NCBI GenBank assembly: GCA_041690595.1
Contig: JAWLHB010000002.1
Coordinates: forward strand, 124,001-188,000
Source: Lentisphaeria bacterium
Lineage (GTDB): Bacteria > Verrucomicrobiota > Lentisphaeria > JABSQK01 > JAWLHB01
DNA: 64,000 nt
Direction of reading: 5' to 3'
Shown here: piece by piece, positions 29,901-38,966 of the stretch
How the letters are laid out: every line of letters starts with the position of its first letter
How positions within the stretch are numbered: the stretch's first letter is position 1
The notes under the pieces: model-generated
What the model saw: the letters and a program-made list of their open reading frames with translations, nothing else
The model's database searches: none
What the model was told of the DNA's origin: nothing
Translations under genes and position numbers: made by a program

Positions 29901-31368
29901 GCGGCGCTGGCGCTTCATCTGGCAGGTGGGTGCCCGTTTCGAGGGGGACCCGGGCGAGCCGATCATGGCGCTGCGCCGGGCCGTAAAGAGCCACCTGTAC
30001 GCCGGGCGCTTCATGGACACCGCTGGGCTGACCGTCACCGTCGGCGGAAAGACGCTGGTGCCGGAGCGCCTCGAGGGCAAGCATGAGCTGGGGCCGGTGA
30101 GCGGCACCATCGGCCGCTGGTTCCTGATCGACCACGAGGATCAGCGTGGCGCGATCGTGAACTTCATCAACGACCCACTCGTGCGCAATGCCGTGGCGCG
30201 GATCGACACCCGGCGCTTCGGCCCCGTGCGCGCCGCCATGGCGTGGACGGTCGACGGCAAGCGTATGGCCATCCACGGCACACAGGAGGGGGATATCTTC
30301 ACCTTTGCGGTGCCCGCGGCGGAACTCTCCTCCGTCGTGCTCGCGAACCGGCTCGCGCCGGTGGTCGAATGGGAGCATCCGCGGGCCACCCACGCTGGCA
30401 ACCGCGAGGCCTTCCGGATCTCCCTGGTCAATGTGAGCGACCGGGTGATCGGGGGGAGCGCCCGTCTGCGCCTGCCGCCGGAGTGGGAACAAGTCGAGGA
30501 GGTGAAGTTCGGCCCCCTCGCCCCCGGTGCCCAGGCAGGCTTTACATTGCCGTGGACTGTACCCGCGAACGCCCCGGTCGGGCGCTTCGATCTGTGGTGC
30601 GACCTTGTCACCGATACGGGCAGCTTTGCGGCTTACGCGCTGCCCACCATCAACCGGGGTGTAGCGGCCATGCTATCGGGTTCGCCGGGCACCTACCACC
30701 TTCTGCTGCACAACCGGAGCGACCGGTCGGTAGTCGGTAGCCTTACGGTGACCGCGCCGCCGCCATTGACGGTCGAGGCTCCGGCGGCATTTGCCATCCC
30801 ACCGCGCGGGGAGCTGCGGGTGCCGATACAGGTGAAGGGTCATGAAGAACTGGGTGCCATCGGCGAACTGACAGCTACGGTCGACGTGGAGGGCCAACGC
30901 CTGGAGTTGCATCGCGCGGTGCTGCCGCCGCTGCCGAATCCCGATTTCGAGAGCGACACCGCCGGCGACATGAAGCCCGACTGGTGGATGTGCCGCAAGC
31001 TCCGCGACGCGTGGGCTTACGAGCGGCTGCATCTGTCCACCGAGGCATATTCCGGCACGTATTCGTTGCAGCTCGACCCGCCCCAGCCCGGCGAGGAGTA
31101 CACGTGTGCGTATCCCGTGCACAGCGCGCTTGCGCCGAATACGCGGTATCGCGTTTCCATCTGGATCCGCACCGCCGCTACGGACGGGGTTTTCGTACGC
31201 GTACAGCACCAGCATCTTGGCAATCAGAAGACGGGGGGCGACGCGTGGCGCCACTTCACGGCCGAGTTCACCACTGGTAATACGGTCGAACTCTTCTACC
31301 GGATGCTCTACAACTATTCGAGCGTCCCCGCCTACTTCGACGACTTTCAGATCGAGAAGATCGAATAG
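26908..31368 (+). CDS. Large secreted multidomain putative glycoside hydrolase (DUF6259-like core, CBM-like modules)
   Basis: Signal peptide; LYLGIEDP, WHPAADIYRDY, GADGMYYDQF; C-terminal NPDFE..YSL..YRVSIW..YFDD (CBM4/9-like). Confidence 0.6.
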   Translation: METTWMNRTWYRGLLVWLLCAGMVGAAPDWLDDPEAKWICFGGESGIAESAGITLRPAGKEGILTPAERGGESCARSLIGGTKMGYFYLVAPPWQEVSEWLGDDELLLTVRYFDGAPGTMYLQYDSADERVRRAPYPAGVWKFPPGLENGLPLRGNKSWQTLQVRLPLAYFQRRLHGGDIRIHSRGEDFALAGVALTRVPKEGGPELLMSQMLRVASVEGMVSFGTGARFAGTFAQNDDGSVVMEAELATDLSIQDGRTLGVDERASGGGYIHFVESATWRFTVSKPGRYVMWQRALFPWGGNWNHAESMNQESGAGVTDYTESVASGWKWVRTRDYDLTAGEHSFNLSYHGGAQLDVLVLAPEGAGEPVLGEVRSSYVGGREATILTSRLQPLHVASWQHARLVVAGLGESRIEALADTAPEGIPVPADGSLAGIAVGEPGASWIQFRITCGGEAGATPQFFGGGTVTYIAGSENVRYVEAGPWRIGFDGYGIASIEDTARNAIVSKAPPMHAALISLVTKAPGLAASQTVDLYDSQLDDFTATPEEDGSVTVSMTHRLSSGILLHSRARFLGNGQSEWQLGIENPTGSEVAEVQFPVVTGVRLGDMLEDDFIFMAKCWGQIWQHPAADRLATHWGTSMRWISLWDEGQGLYLGIEDPRFDDYAFACGGDAGGTTVATRQRIRVAPNGSWSSGIYRLALVDGGSWHPAADIYRDYVAGALRPNPPLAHVRWLLDGWDYQQSNDAPYAGWDMIVPKERYFMAANRQMVDGADSGYCGLFPYPSPSWGSIAEFQEKLAFLRARGDFYTPYYNFHLWSPGYGHYDRIGSFPKSALPEEVPKPDDGWYERAVARTYDGSFPRVQTDPFAQIGMSMGSREWREWLAYWTARYLGWGADGMYYDQFNMIYGDGQLHADFPDAYGSWMKATLLTMRNLQESSRRIHPWYTASGEVCNDVYGQYLDLHMTSGVFNRLDVYSYCNPEQILIDGNWNGGTAAPYGGPRRWRFIWQVGARFEGDPGEPIMALRRAVKSHLYAGRFMDTAGLTVTVGGKTLVPERLEGKHELGPVSGTIGRWFLIDHEDQRGAIVNFINDPLVRNAVARIDTRRFGPVRAAMAWTVDGKRMAIHGTQEGDIFTFAVPAAELSSVVLANRLAPVVEWEHPRATHAGNREAFRISLVNVSDRVIGGSARLRLPPEWEQVEEVKFGPLAPGAQAGFTLPWTVPANAPVGRFDLWCDLVTDTGSFAAYALPTINRGVAAMLSGSPGTYHLLLHNRSDRSVVGSLTVTAPPPLTVEAPAAFAIPPRGELRVPIQVKGHEELGAIGELTATVDVEGQRLELHRAVLPPLPNPDFESDTAGDMKPDWWMCRKLRDAWAYERLHLSTEAYSGTYSLQLDPPQPGEEYTCAYPVHSALAPNTRYRVSIWIRTAATDGVFVRVQHQHLGNQKTGGDAWRHFTAEFTTGNTVELFYRMLYNYSSVPAYFDDFQIEKIE

Positions 31369-31386
31369 GCTGGCGGCTTGCGGGGG

Positions 31387-32073
31387 TCAGATGTCGGGGA
31401 TGGCTTTGGGGATGAGCTGGCCGGTGTTGCTGATGGTGAAGATGTAGATGAGACCGGGCTGGAGGCGCTGGTAGACGGCGTTGCCATAGATGGCTTCGAC
31501 GCCAAGATTGCTCAGCCGATCGCGGTCGTTGGCGAGGGCCCAGATCTCCTGCCAGAAGAGGGTGCGTTCGGGCATCTTGAGGCCATCGAGGAGGTCGCGG
31601 TAGCGGGCGGGTTCGGTGCCGGGGGTTTGGATCTCGCATCCCTGGCTGGGCGGGGTGCCGTCGCCGTAGACGCGGCGCCAGAGATAGAGGGAGCGGGCCT
31701 CGCCGTCCATGACGAGTTGCTTGTCGAAGGTGACGATCAGGGCATCGAAATGGATGATGTCGCCCTGGATGGTGCAGATCTTTTCGAGGACGCGGCGGGT
31801 GCTGTCTCCGCGGGCGGTTTCGACGAATTTGAGGGTGGTGTGGAGGACGCCGTCGCGCTCTTCCTGGCGGATGACTTTGGCGTAGCCGATCTGCTCTTCG
31901 GCGGTGAGGCGGGAAAGGGCTGCCTTGAGTTGGCGGTTCTCGGTGAGGAGTTCCTCGATGGTGGCAATGCCGCGCCAGGCGGTGGCGACAAGGTAGCCGG
32001 CGACGGCCAGGACGGCCAAGGCCACGAGGCAGAGCAGTATCCGCAACGTCCAGGACTTGAGCACGAGCAGCAT
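31387..32073 (-). CDS. Membrane-anchored hypothetical protein
   Basis: N-terminal TM helix and short coiled coil; coding-like codon usage. Confidence 0.7.
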   Translation of the reverse strand: MLLVLKSWTLRILLCLVALAVLAVAGYLVATAWRGIATIEELLTENRQLKAALSRLTAEEQIGYAKVIRQEERDGVLHTTLKFVETARGDSTRRVLEKICTIQGDIIHFDALIVTFDKQLVMDGEARSLYLWRRVYGDGTPPSQGCEIQTPGTEPARYRDLLDGLKMPERTLFWQEIWALANDRDRLSNLGVEAIYGNAVYQRLQPGLIYIFTISNTGQLIPKAIPDI

Positions 32074-32244
32074 TGGAGTTCCCCCGCGTTTGCTGAGATA
32101 GACACAGCGGGCAGGTTGGTGTTCCACCAGGCGGGGAGGATGACAAATTGGTGAAGAACCGGTATCTTGATGCCGAGGGCGTTGGTGACGGGAGGTGGAG
32201 GCAATGATTTTCAGGCAACAAGCAGATTACAGGGAGGCTCGCGA

Positions 32245-35200
32245 ATGATAGCAGGAACGGCGGTGGCGGAGTGGGACGATCCACAGGTGCTGGGACGGAA
32301 CCGGGTGCTGACGCATGTGCCGCTGGGGGCCTACGCGGATGCGGCGGGGGCGCTGGCGGGCGAAGGTTCGCCTTATGTGCGCAGCCTGAACGGGGTGTGG
32401 AGGTTTGCGTTGACGGAGTCGCCGACGGCGATGCCGGAGGGGTTTGCGGATCCGACCGTGGGGATAGAGGCGTGGCATGAGATGGTGGTGCCGTCGAACT
32501 GGCAGCTGGATCCGGAGGTGAAGGACGCGCCGATCTACACGAATATCCACTATCCTTTCCGCGAGAGCCCGCCGAAAGCGCCGGCGGTGAATCCGACCGG
32601 TTGGTATCGCACGCAATTCGAGGTGCCGGCGGCGTGGGCGGGGCGGCGGCTCTTTCTGCATTTCGAATCGTGCGATTCGGCGTGCAAGGTGTGGGTGAAT
32701 GGGGTCGAGGCGGGATACAGTCAGGACAGCAAGCTGCCGCATGAGTTCGAGATCACGGAGCTGGCGGTTGCTGGAATGAATACGCTGGCGGTGATGGTGC
32801 CGCGCTACTGCGACGGCTTCTGGCTGGAGTGTCAGGATTACTGGCATCTGAGCGGGATCCAGCGGGATGTGACGCTGTACAGCAAGCCGGAATCGTACCT
32901 TCGGGACTTTACGGTGCGCACGACTTTTGACTGCGACTACCGTGACGCGGAGCTTTTTGTGGCGGCTTACATGAACCCGTCGGAGAGCTTCCACAAAGGG
33001 GGTTACAGGGTGCGGGCGGCGCTTCACGATGGGGATGGCGCGCTGGTCGCGGGCTTTCCAGTGGAGGCGCCGATCAGCCTTACCTCGCCGATGTACCAGG
33101 GACGGGAGGCGGGGGAGTTCACGGCGGCGCAACTGCGGATGAAGGTGGCCCAGCCGCATGGGTGGACGGCGGAGAGCCCGTACCTGTATACGCTGGTGCT
33201 GACGCTGATCGATGCGGAGGGGCGCGAGGTGGACTTCGAGAGCGGACGCGTGGGCTTCCGCCAGATCGAGATTCGGGAGCGCCAACTGCTGCTCAACGGG
33301 CGGCGACTGATCGTGCGGGGCGTGAACGACCACGAGCACCATCCGGAGCGCGGGCGGGCGCTGAGCGCGGAGGATATGCGGGAGGAGCTGGTGGCGATGA
33401 AGCGGCTGAATTTCAATGCCGTACGGACCAGCCATTACCCGCACCACAGCCGTTTCTACGATCTGTGCGACGAGCTCGGGCTTTACGTGATCGACGAGGC
33501 GAACCTGGAGACGCATGGGATTGAGGCGCTGATTTCGCGGGCGCCGGAATGGATGAATGGCTGCATGGAGCGGGCGCAGCGGATGGCGCTGCGGGATCGG
33601 AATCACGCCTGCGTGATCGGCTGGTCGCTGGGGAACGAGTCTTATTACGGGCCGCACCATGCGGGGATGGCGGGATGGCTGAGGCAGTTCGATCCAACGC
33701 GTCCGGTGCAGTACGAGAGCGGTTTTCCGGGGCCGGCGGTGACGGATATCATGTGCCCGATGTATCCAAAGCTGGAGTGGGTGGTGGAGACGTTGGCGGA
33801 TCACGGGGAGAAGCGGCCGATGATCATGTGCGAGTATGCGTATGCGAAGGGGAATGGCAACGGGAATGTGCACAAGTTCTGGGAGATGGTGGATCGCTGG
33901 CCGTCGTTCCAGGGTGGGTTTGTGTGGGACTGGCGGGATAAGGCGCTGGTGCGCGAGGTGGATGGCCAGCCGCAATGGGCGTATGGCAATGAGTTCGACG
34001 GCGGCATCGGGCCGGACGGCTTTGCGTATGGGCGCTTCGAAAATCCCCAGATGTGCCTGAATGGGGTCGTGCATCCGGACCTGACGCCGAAGCCGGGGGC
34101 GCTGGAGCTGATGAAGGTGCAGGCGCCGCTGGGCCTGGCACAGGCGGATGCCAATGGGCTGATGCGAGGCGAGATCGAGCTTTGGAACAAGTACCTGGCG
34201 CTCTCGCTGGCTCATCTGGAGATGGCCTGGGAGGTGACGGAAAACGGGGTGTGCATCGGCAGCGGTGTCCTGGCGGCGCCGGATCTTGGGCCCGGAGAGA
34301 AGGGGCTGCTGCGGATACCGCTGACGCTGCCGGATCAGCCGGTGGCAGGGGGGGAATATTGGCTGAATCTGCGGGCGCGACATCGCGAGGCGACGGCCTG
34401 GTGCGAGGCGGGCCATGTCATCGCCTGGGAGCAGTTCCGCTTGCCACTAGTGGTACCCGCCCCACCGCCGCCACGGCGTCCGGCGGGAGCCGTCAAGACG
34501 ACGTTGACGGCTGGGACGGCAAGGATTTTGGTCGGCGGAGTCGAGCTGGTCTTTGCCGAGGGAGCGCTGCGGCGGTACGTGATCGGCGGAACGGATCTGC
34601 TGACGCAGCCGCTGGAGCATTCCTTCATGCGGGCGCGGACCGACAACGATTACATGGTCGGCCACCCGGGCAGCTATTACCTGGAGTGGCGCGAGGCGGG
34701 GCTGGATTGCCTGGAAACGCGGGTACTCGACTGGCAGTGGGCCAGCTTGGGTGACGGGCAGGCGCTGGGACGCGGCGTGACCCGCCACCAGGCCACGGGG
34801 AAGCCGTATGGGATTACCTGCACCACGAATTACCTGGTCGATGCGACGGGAGCGCTGGAGGTGGAGGTTCGGGTGGCAGCGGATCCGCGGCTGCCACTGT
34901 TGCCGCGCGTCGGGATGAAGACGGCGCTGGACGGCCGGTGCGAGCAGCTTGGCTGGTATGGCCGCGGCCCGCACGAGAGCTATGTCGATCGGAAGCACAG
35001 TACGCTGGTCGGCAGATACGCATCGACGGTGACAGAGCAGTTCGTCCCCTTTGTCGATCCGTGCGAGTGCGGAGGGCACGAGGATACGCGATGGGTGGAG
35101 CTGGGTGACGGAGCTGGCTTCGGCCTGCGTGTCGAGGGGCAGCCGACGCTTCACTGGTCGGCGCTGCACTACAGGATCGACGATCTGATCCAGGCCGGTC

Positions 35201-35373
35201 ATGTTTACGAGCTGACGCCAACGGCGGAGGTGCAGCTCAATCTGGACGGCTTCCACATGGGGCTGGGGGGCGACACTGGCTGGACGCGCAATGTGCACCC
35301 CGAGTACCTGTACCCAGCCGGAACCTATCGGTACGGCTTCCGCCTGCAACCCTTGGAGACGACACATGAGTGA
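32245..35373 (+). CDS. lacZ: Beta-galactosidase, GH2
   Basis: VPSNWQ, PIYTN, GVNDHEH, NAVRTSHYP, WSLGNE (acid/base), MCEYAYA (nucleophile), QGGFVWDW and the Bgal small domain. Confidence 0.92.
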   Translation: MIAGTAVAEWDDPQVLGRNRVLTHVPLGAYADAAGALAGEGSPYVRSLNGVWRFALTESPTAMPEGFADPTVGIEAWHEMVVPSNWQLDPEVKDAPIYTNIHYPFRESPPKAPAVNPTGWYRTQFEVPAAWAGRRLFLHFESCDSACKVWVNGVEAGYSQDSKLPHEFEITELAVAGMNTLAVMVPRYCDGFWLECQDYWHLSGIQRDVTLYSKPESYLRDFTVRTTFDCDYRDAELFVAAYMNPSESFHKGGYRVRAALHDGDGALVAGFPVEAPISLTSPMYQGREAGEFTAAQLRMKVAQPHGWTAESPYLYTLVLTLIDAEGREVDFESGRVGFRQIEIRERQLLLNGRRLIVRGVNDHEHHPERGRALSAEDMREELVAMKRLNFNAVRTSHYPHHSRFYDLCDELGLYVIDEANLETHGIEALISRAPEWMNGCMERAQRMALRDRNHACVIGWSLGNESYYGPHHAGMAGWLRQFDPTRPVQYESGFPGPAVTDIMCPMYPKLEWVVETLADHGEKRPMIMCEYAYAKGNGNGNVHKFWEMVDRWPSFQGGFVWDWRDKALVREVDGQPQWAYGNEFDGGIGPDGFAYGRFENPQMCLNGVVHPDLTPKPGALELMKVQAPLGLAQADANGLMRGEIELWNKYLALSLAHLEMAWEVTENGVCIGSGVLAAPDLGPGEKGLLRIPLTLPDQPVAGGEYWLNLRARHREATAWCEAGHVIAWEQFRLPLVVPAPPPPRRPAGAVKTTLTAGTARILVGGVELVFAEGALRRYVIGGTDLLTQPLEHSFMRARTDNDYMVGHPGSYYLEWREAGLDCLETRVLDWQWASLGDGQALGRGVTRHQATGKPYGITCTTNYLVDATGALEVEVRVAADPRLPLLPRVGMKTALDGRCEQLGWYGRGPHESYVDRKHSTLVGRYASTVTEQFVPFVDPCECGGHEDTRWVELGDGAGFGLRVEGQPTLHWSALHYRIDDLIQAGHVYELTPTAEVQLNLDGFHMGLGGDTGWTRNVHPEYLYPAGTYRYGFRLQPLETTHE

Positions 35374-36871
35374 TTCTCGCCCGAATGTACTGTGGATCAT
35401 GACGGATCAGCATCGCGCGGATTGCCTCGGCTGCCTGGGAAATGCGCAGGTGCAGACGCCGAATCTGGACCGGCTGGCGGCGATGGGCATTGTCTTCGAG
35501 AACGCCTTCTGCCAGAGCCCGGTCTGCATGGCTTCACGGGGGTCGGTCATCACGGGCCGATATCCGGCAGCGATTCCGATCCGCGGGATGGGCATTCTGC
35601 CGCCTCGGGAGACGACGACGCCGGAGCTTTTCCAGCGCCATGGCTGGCGAACGGGGGCCTTCGGAAAGCTACACCTGACGCCGGAGCTGTACACGCGGCA
35701 AGTGCTGCAGTCGGAGGTACCCATTCTGGATCTGGAAGCTTATGCGGCGGATGCGTGCCTGGGGCCGATTCCGACGGATCCATACAAGAAGAACTACGGC
35801 TTTCAGGAGCATGTCGGGTGCGACGACAGCCTGAAAGGGGAGTTCCTGACGTGGCTGGGCGAGGTGCAGCCTGAGTTGCTGGATCGCGAGCCGACGCGGG
35901 TGGCGGGAGGCCCGGGGGACTGCTTTGTGTCGCCCTACCCTTCGGAGTATCATCCAAGCACCTTCATCGGGCGACAGGCGGAGGCCTTCGTGCGCCGGCA
36001 GGAGGGGAGCGAACCGTGGCTGGCCTTCTGCTCGTTCATCGCGCCGCATCATCCCTTCGAAGCACCGGCCGACCAGATCGCGCGCTACGATGCGGCGTCG
36101 CTGACGCTGCCGGAGGTGGAGGAGTTTCGCTATCCGGAGCTGATACCCGAACCGGCACGGCAGGCCATCGGCGGCACGACGGGATGGACCGAAGAGGGGC
36201 TGCGCCGTACCATCCTTCATTACTATGCTTCCATCAGCCTGATCGACGACAATGTAGGCCGGCTGCTGACCGCATTGGAGGAGACGGGCCAGTTGGAGAA
36301 TACGATCATCCTCTTCAACGCGGACCACGGGGAGTTTCTCGGGCGCCATGGGCTGATCCGCAAACCATCGCTGCATTACGACGAGGTCCTGCGGGTGCCC
36401 TGCCTGCTGCGGCTGCCGGGGAACGAGCAGGCGGGACGGCGCGTGAAGGGGCTGGTGGAGCTGGTGGATCTGCATCCGACGCTGCTGAGCCTGGCGGGCC
36501 TGCCGGTGAATGCGGGCGTGCAGGGTCGAGACTGGTCCGCTGCCCTGCACGATGGGGCAGAGATCGGGCGGGATGCCATCTGCTCGGACATGTATGACGA
36601 CCCGATCAAGCCGGAGACGTGCCTGATCGCCAAGGGTGGCCCCTACATGGCGGTGCAGACGCTGCGGACGGAGAGCTGGAAGCTGAGCATCTATCCGACC
36701 GCCGGCCCACAGTTCGGGCAGCTCTTCGACCTGGCAAACGACCCGGAGGAACGGGAGAACCGCTATGCGGACCCCACCTGCCGGGAGATTCGCGGGGAGA
36801 TGCTCTGGCGGCTGGCGGCGCGGCTGGCGGCCAATGTCGATCCCCTGCCGCTGGTGCTCTCGCAATGGTGA
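35366..36871 (+). CDS. Sulfatase (formylglycine-dependent, Cys type)
   Basis: PNVLWIMTDQHR, CMASRGSVITG, GKLH, PHHP, DHG, LFDLANDPEE. Confidence 0.9.
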   Translation: MSDSRPNVLWIMTDQHRADCLGCLGNAQVQTPNLDRLAAMGIVFENAFCQSPVCMASRGSVITGRYPAAIPIRGMGILPPRETTTPELFQRHGWRTGAFGKLHLTPELYTRQVLQSEVPILDLEAYAADACLGPIPTDPYKKNYGFQEHVGCDDSLKGEFLTWLGEVQPELLDREPTRVAGGPGDCFVSPYPSEYHPSTFIGRQAEAFVRRQEGSEPWLAFCSFIAPHHPFEAPADQIARYDAASLTLPEVEEFRYPELIPEPARQAIGGTTGWTEEGLRRTILHYYASISLIDDNVGRLLTALEETGQLENTIILFNADHGEFLGRHGLIRKPSLHYDEVLRVPCLLRLPGNEQAGRRVKGLVELVDLHPTLLSLAGLPVNAGVQGRDWSAALHDGAEIGRDAICSDMYDDPIKPETCLIAKGGPYMAVQTLRTESWKLSIYPTAGPQFGQLFDLANDPEERENRYADPTCREIRGEMLWRLAARLAANVDPLPLVLSQW

Positions 36872-37028
36872 GGACGCGAATGCGATTACGCGCCGGCGAG
36901 TTGGCGAATGCGCGCCAGGAGGTCGTCAAACGCCCCACTCGTTTTTGGGATTGTGCCTCGACATATCTATAGTAGCCATCACAAAGATTCTTTGGCGAGA
37001 GATTTTATCTTGTTACCGGATCCAGGGG

Positions 37029-38000
37029 ATGAATCAAGCACTATCGACAAGCGGGTGTGAACGTGGTGGCGGTATTCTGACGATCGCGTCAGGAGCCCCG
37101 AAGTATATCTCGATGGCGAAGGCGCTGGCCCGATCGCTGATCCTTCACTCGCCCCGAGTCCCGCGTGCTGTCGTCACCGACTCGCAGGACCCGGAGTTGC
37201 GAGCCTTGTACGATCACGCCATCCCCTTCCAGCCGGACTACGGTGACGTATGGACCCAGAAGCTGCATCTCGACCTTTACTCCCCCTTCGAATCGACCGT
37301 ATTCATCGATTCCGACTGCCTGGTGGTTCAGCCGGTAGAGCACCTCTGGTGGCTGCTGGAATGCGTGCCGTTTGGGGTGGCCGACCGGCACGATCTCGAC
37401 CGGCACAGCACGGCATGGGCGCGATTCATGCGGATGGAGGATGTCCTGAGCACCTATGGGCTGAAAACCCTACCTGCGTTCAACGGCGGCTTCTACGTTT
37501 TCGACAACAGCGAGGCCAGCCGCGCCGTCTTTCGCCTGGCCAGGGAGATGCATCCGCACCGGCATGATATCGGCATCACTTGGGCATCCGATGAGCAGCT
37601 GCTTTCCTTGGCAATGGCCCGCATGAAGATTCACGGAGTTCCCGACAGAGGCCGTACCATGCGAGCCATGCAAGGTTCCCGCTGCCGACTCAAGGTGGAC
37701 GTATTGCGGGGCACATGCAGGCTCTGGGCAGCCAAGGATGACTACCAGGAAGTTTCTCCGACGGTCGTCCACTTTGGATGCGGCTGGAGCAGCGACTATC
37801 GCTATCGGCGGGAGATGCTGCGCCTGCAGTGGTTCTTCAGCGGTTCGAAGCGGCGGCGGCGCCTCGCCCGTGGATGGATCCCGCATCTGACGTACTTCCC
37901 GCTGATGTGTCGGCAGCAGCTTGGCCGGCTGCGGCGGCGCCTGGTACACCCGCGGAAGTTGACACAAGAAAGGGCCCCCGCCGAAGCGGGAGCCCACTGA
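37029..38000 (+). CDS. Putative GT-A fold glycosyltransferase (GT8-like)
   Basis: KLHL...FIDSDC (DxD), FNGGFY, DEQLLS, VVHF. Confidence 0.65.
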   Translation: MNQALSTSGCERGGGILTIASGAPKYISMAKALARSLILHSPRVPRAVVTDSQDPELRALYDHAIPFQPDYGDVWTQKLHLDLYSPFESTVFIDSDCLVVQPVEHLWWLLECVPFGVADRHDLDRHSTAWARFMRMEDVLSTYGLKTLPAFNGGFYVFDNSEASRAVFRLAREMHPHRHDIGITWASDEQLLSLAMARMKIHGVPDRGRTMRAMQGSRCRLKVDVLRGTCRLWAAKDDYQEVSPTVVHFGCGWSSDYRYRREMLRLQWFFSGSKRRRRLARGWIPHLTYFPLMCRQQLGRLRRRLVHPRKLTQERAPAEAGAH

Positions 38001-38032
38001 TGTCCCCCTGGGAGTGAGGGAATTGCGAAAGC

Positions 38033-38743
38033 TCAGCGATTGGCGGGACCGCCGCGGCGTTGGCCGCGTTCTTCGTTGCGGCGCTGCCCACGCTCTTCGC
38101 CACGATTCTGCAGGCCCGGCACATCCATATTTGCCATGCGCTCCTCAAAGGTCTGAAGCGCGGCAGCCTTCTCCGTCTCGCTCAGAACACCATCCTTGTC
38201 GGTGTCGAAGCGCTCGATCATGCGGGGATGCTCGCCGGCTTCGAGGGCGGCCTGGAAGCGCTCGACGGCCTTCTCCCTGGCGGCGGCCTTCTCCTCTTCA
38301 CTGATGACCCCGTCGCCATCGGTATCGAGCCGCTCCTGAAGGCGCTGTCCAAGGCCACCGGCACCCTCTTCTCCACCAGGTCCGCCAGGGCCGCCACGAC
38401 GCATGGCCAGACGGGCCACCTTGGCGAACTCTTCCCTCGTGAGCAACCCGTCCCCATCGGTGTCGGCCTCGGTGAAGGCCTCATCCAGACGCTGTTGCAT
38501 CACCTGCCGATGGCTCTCCATAGCGGTTTCACGCTCCTCCTGGCTCAGCACCCCATCGCCATCGGTGTCAAAGCGTTCGATCATCTCGCGGCCCGGCCCC
38601 CGCGGTCCCTTCTCCTGGCCTTGACGGCCAAACTGCTGCCCTTGGGGACGGGGCTTTTCTGGTGCATCGTCCTGCGCCTGCGTCGACAGCCAGAGTCCGC
38701 TGCCAGTGAGAAGGATCGCTGCCAGTGTCAATGTCTTTTTCAT
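38033..38743 (-). CDS. Secreted EF-hand domain protein
   Basis: Signal peptide; four DTDGDG/DTDKDG..S..E loops. Confidence 0.9.
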   Translation of the reverse strand: MKKTLTLAAILLTGSGLWLSTQAQDDAPEKPRPQGQQFGRQGQEKGPRGPGREMIERFDTDGDGVLSQEERETAMESHRQVMQQRLDEAFTEADTDGDGLLTREEFAKVARLAMRRGGPGGPGGEEGAGGLGQRLQERLDTDGDGVISEEEKAAAREKAVERFQAALEAGEHPRMIERFDTDKDGVLSETEKAAALQTFEERMANMDVPGLQNRGEERGQRRNEERGQRRGGPANR

Positions 38744-38935
38744 TTTGCATTCTCCTTTGGGTTTGAAGCCTTGTGCCGGTTCGCATCCGGCGCTCTCATC
38801 ACTGCATCAAACGAAGCCCGAAGGCCATTTATTATGTCAACCCAGAAGATTCCTCCGAGCGCGACCTCCTTCGGCGCGTGGAAAAAGAATCCGGATTTCC
38901 TCCTTGACGAGGGGCAAAGCAGCATCAATTTTAAC

Positions 38936-38953
38936 TGCGTAAACGATTACGCA
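38936..38953. promoter_or_regulatory. LacI-family operator palindrome
   Basis: TGCGTAAACGATTACGCA (central CG) immediately upstream of the LacI gene; TTGACG at 38904. Confidence 0.7.
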
Positions 38954-38966
38954 CCAGGATCGAAGC

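Noticed and set aside
38815..38842. Possible dif site (TTATGTCAACC) near the skew switch
   Set aside because: Only the XerD-like arm matches; the XerC arm (AGCCCGAAGGC) does not. It may simply be a minus-strand TTGACA.
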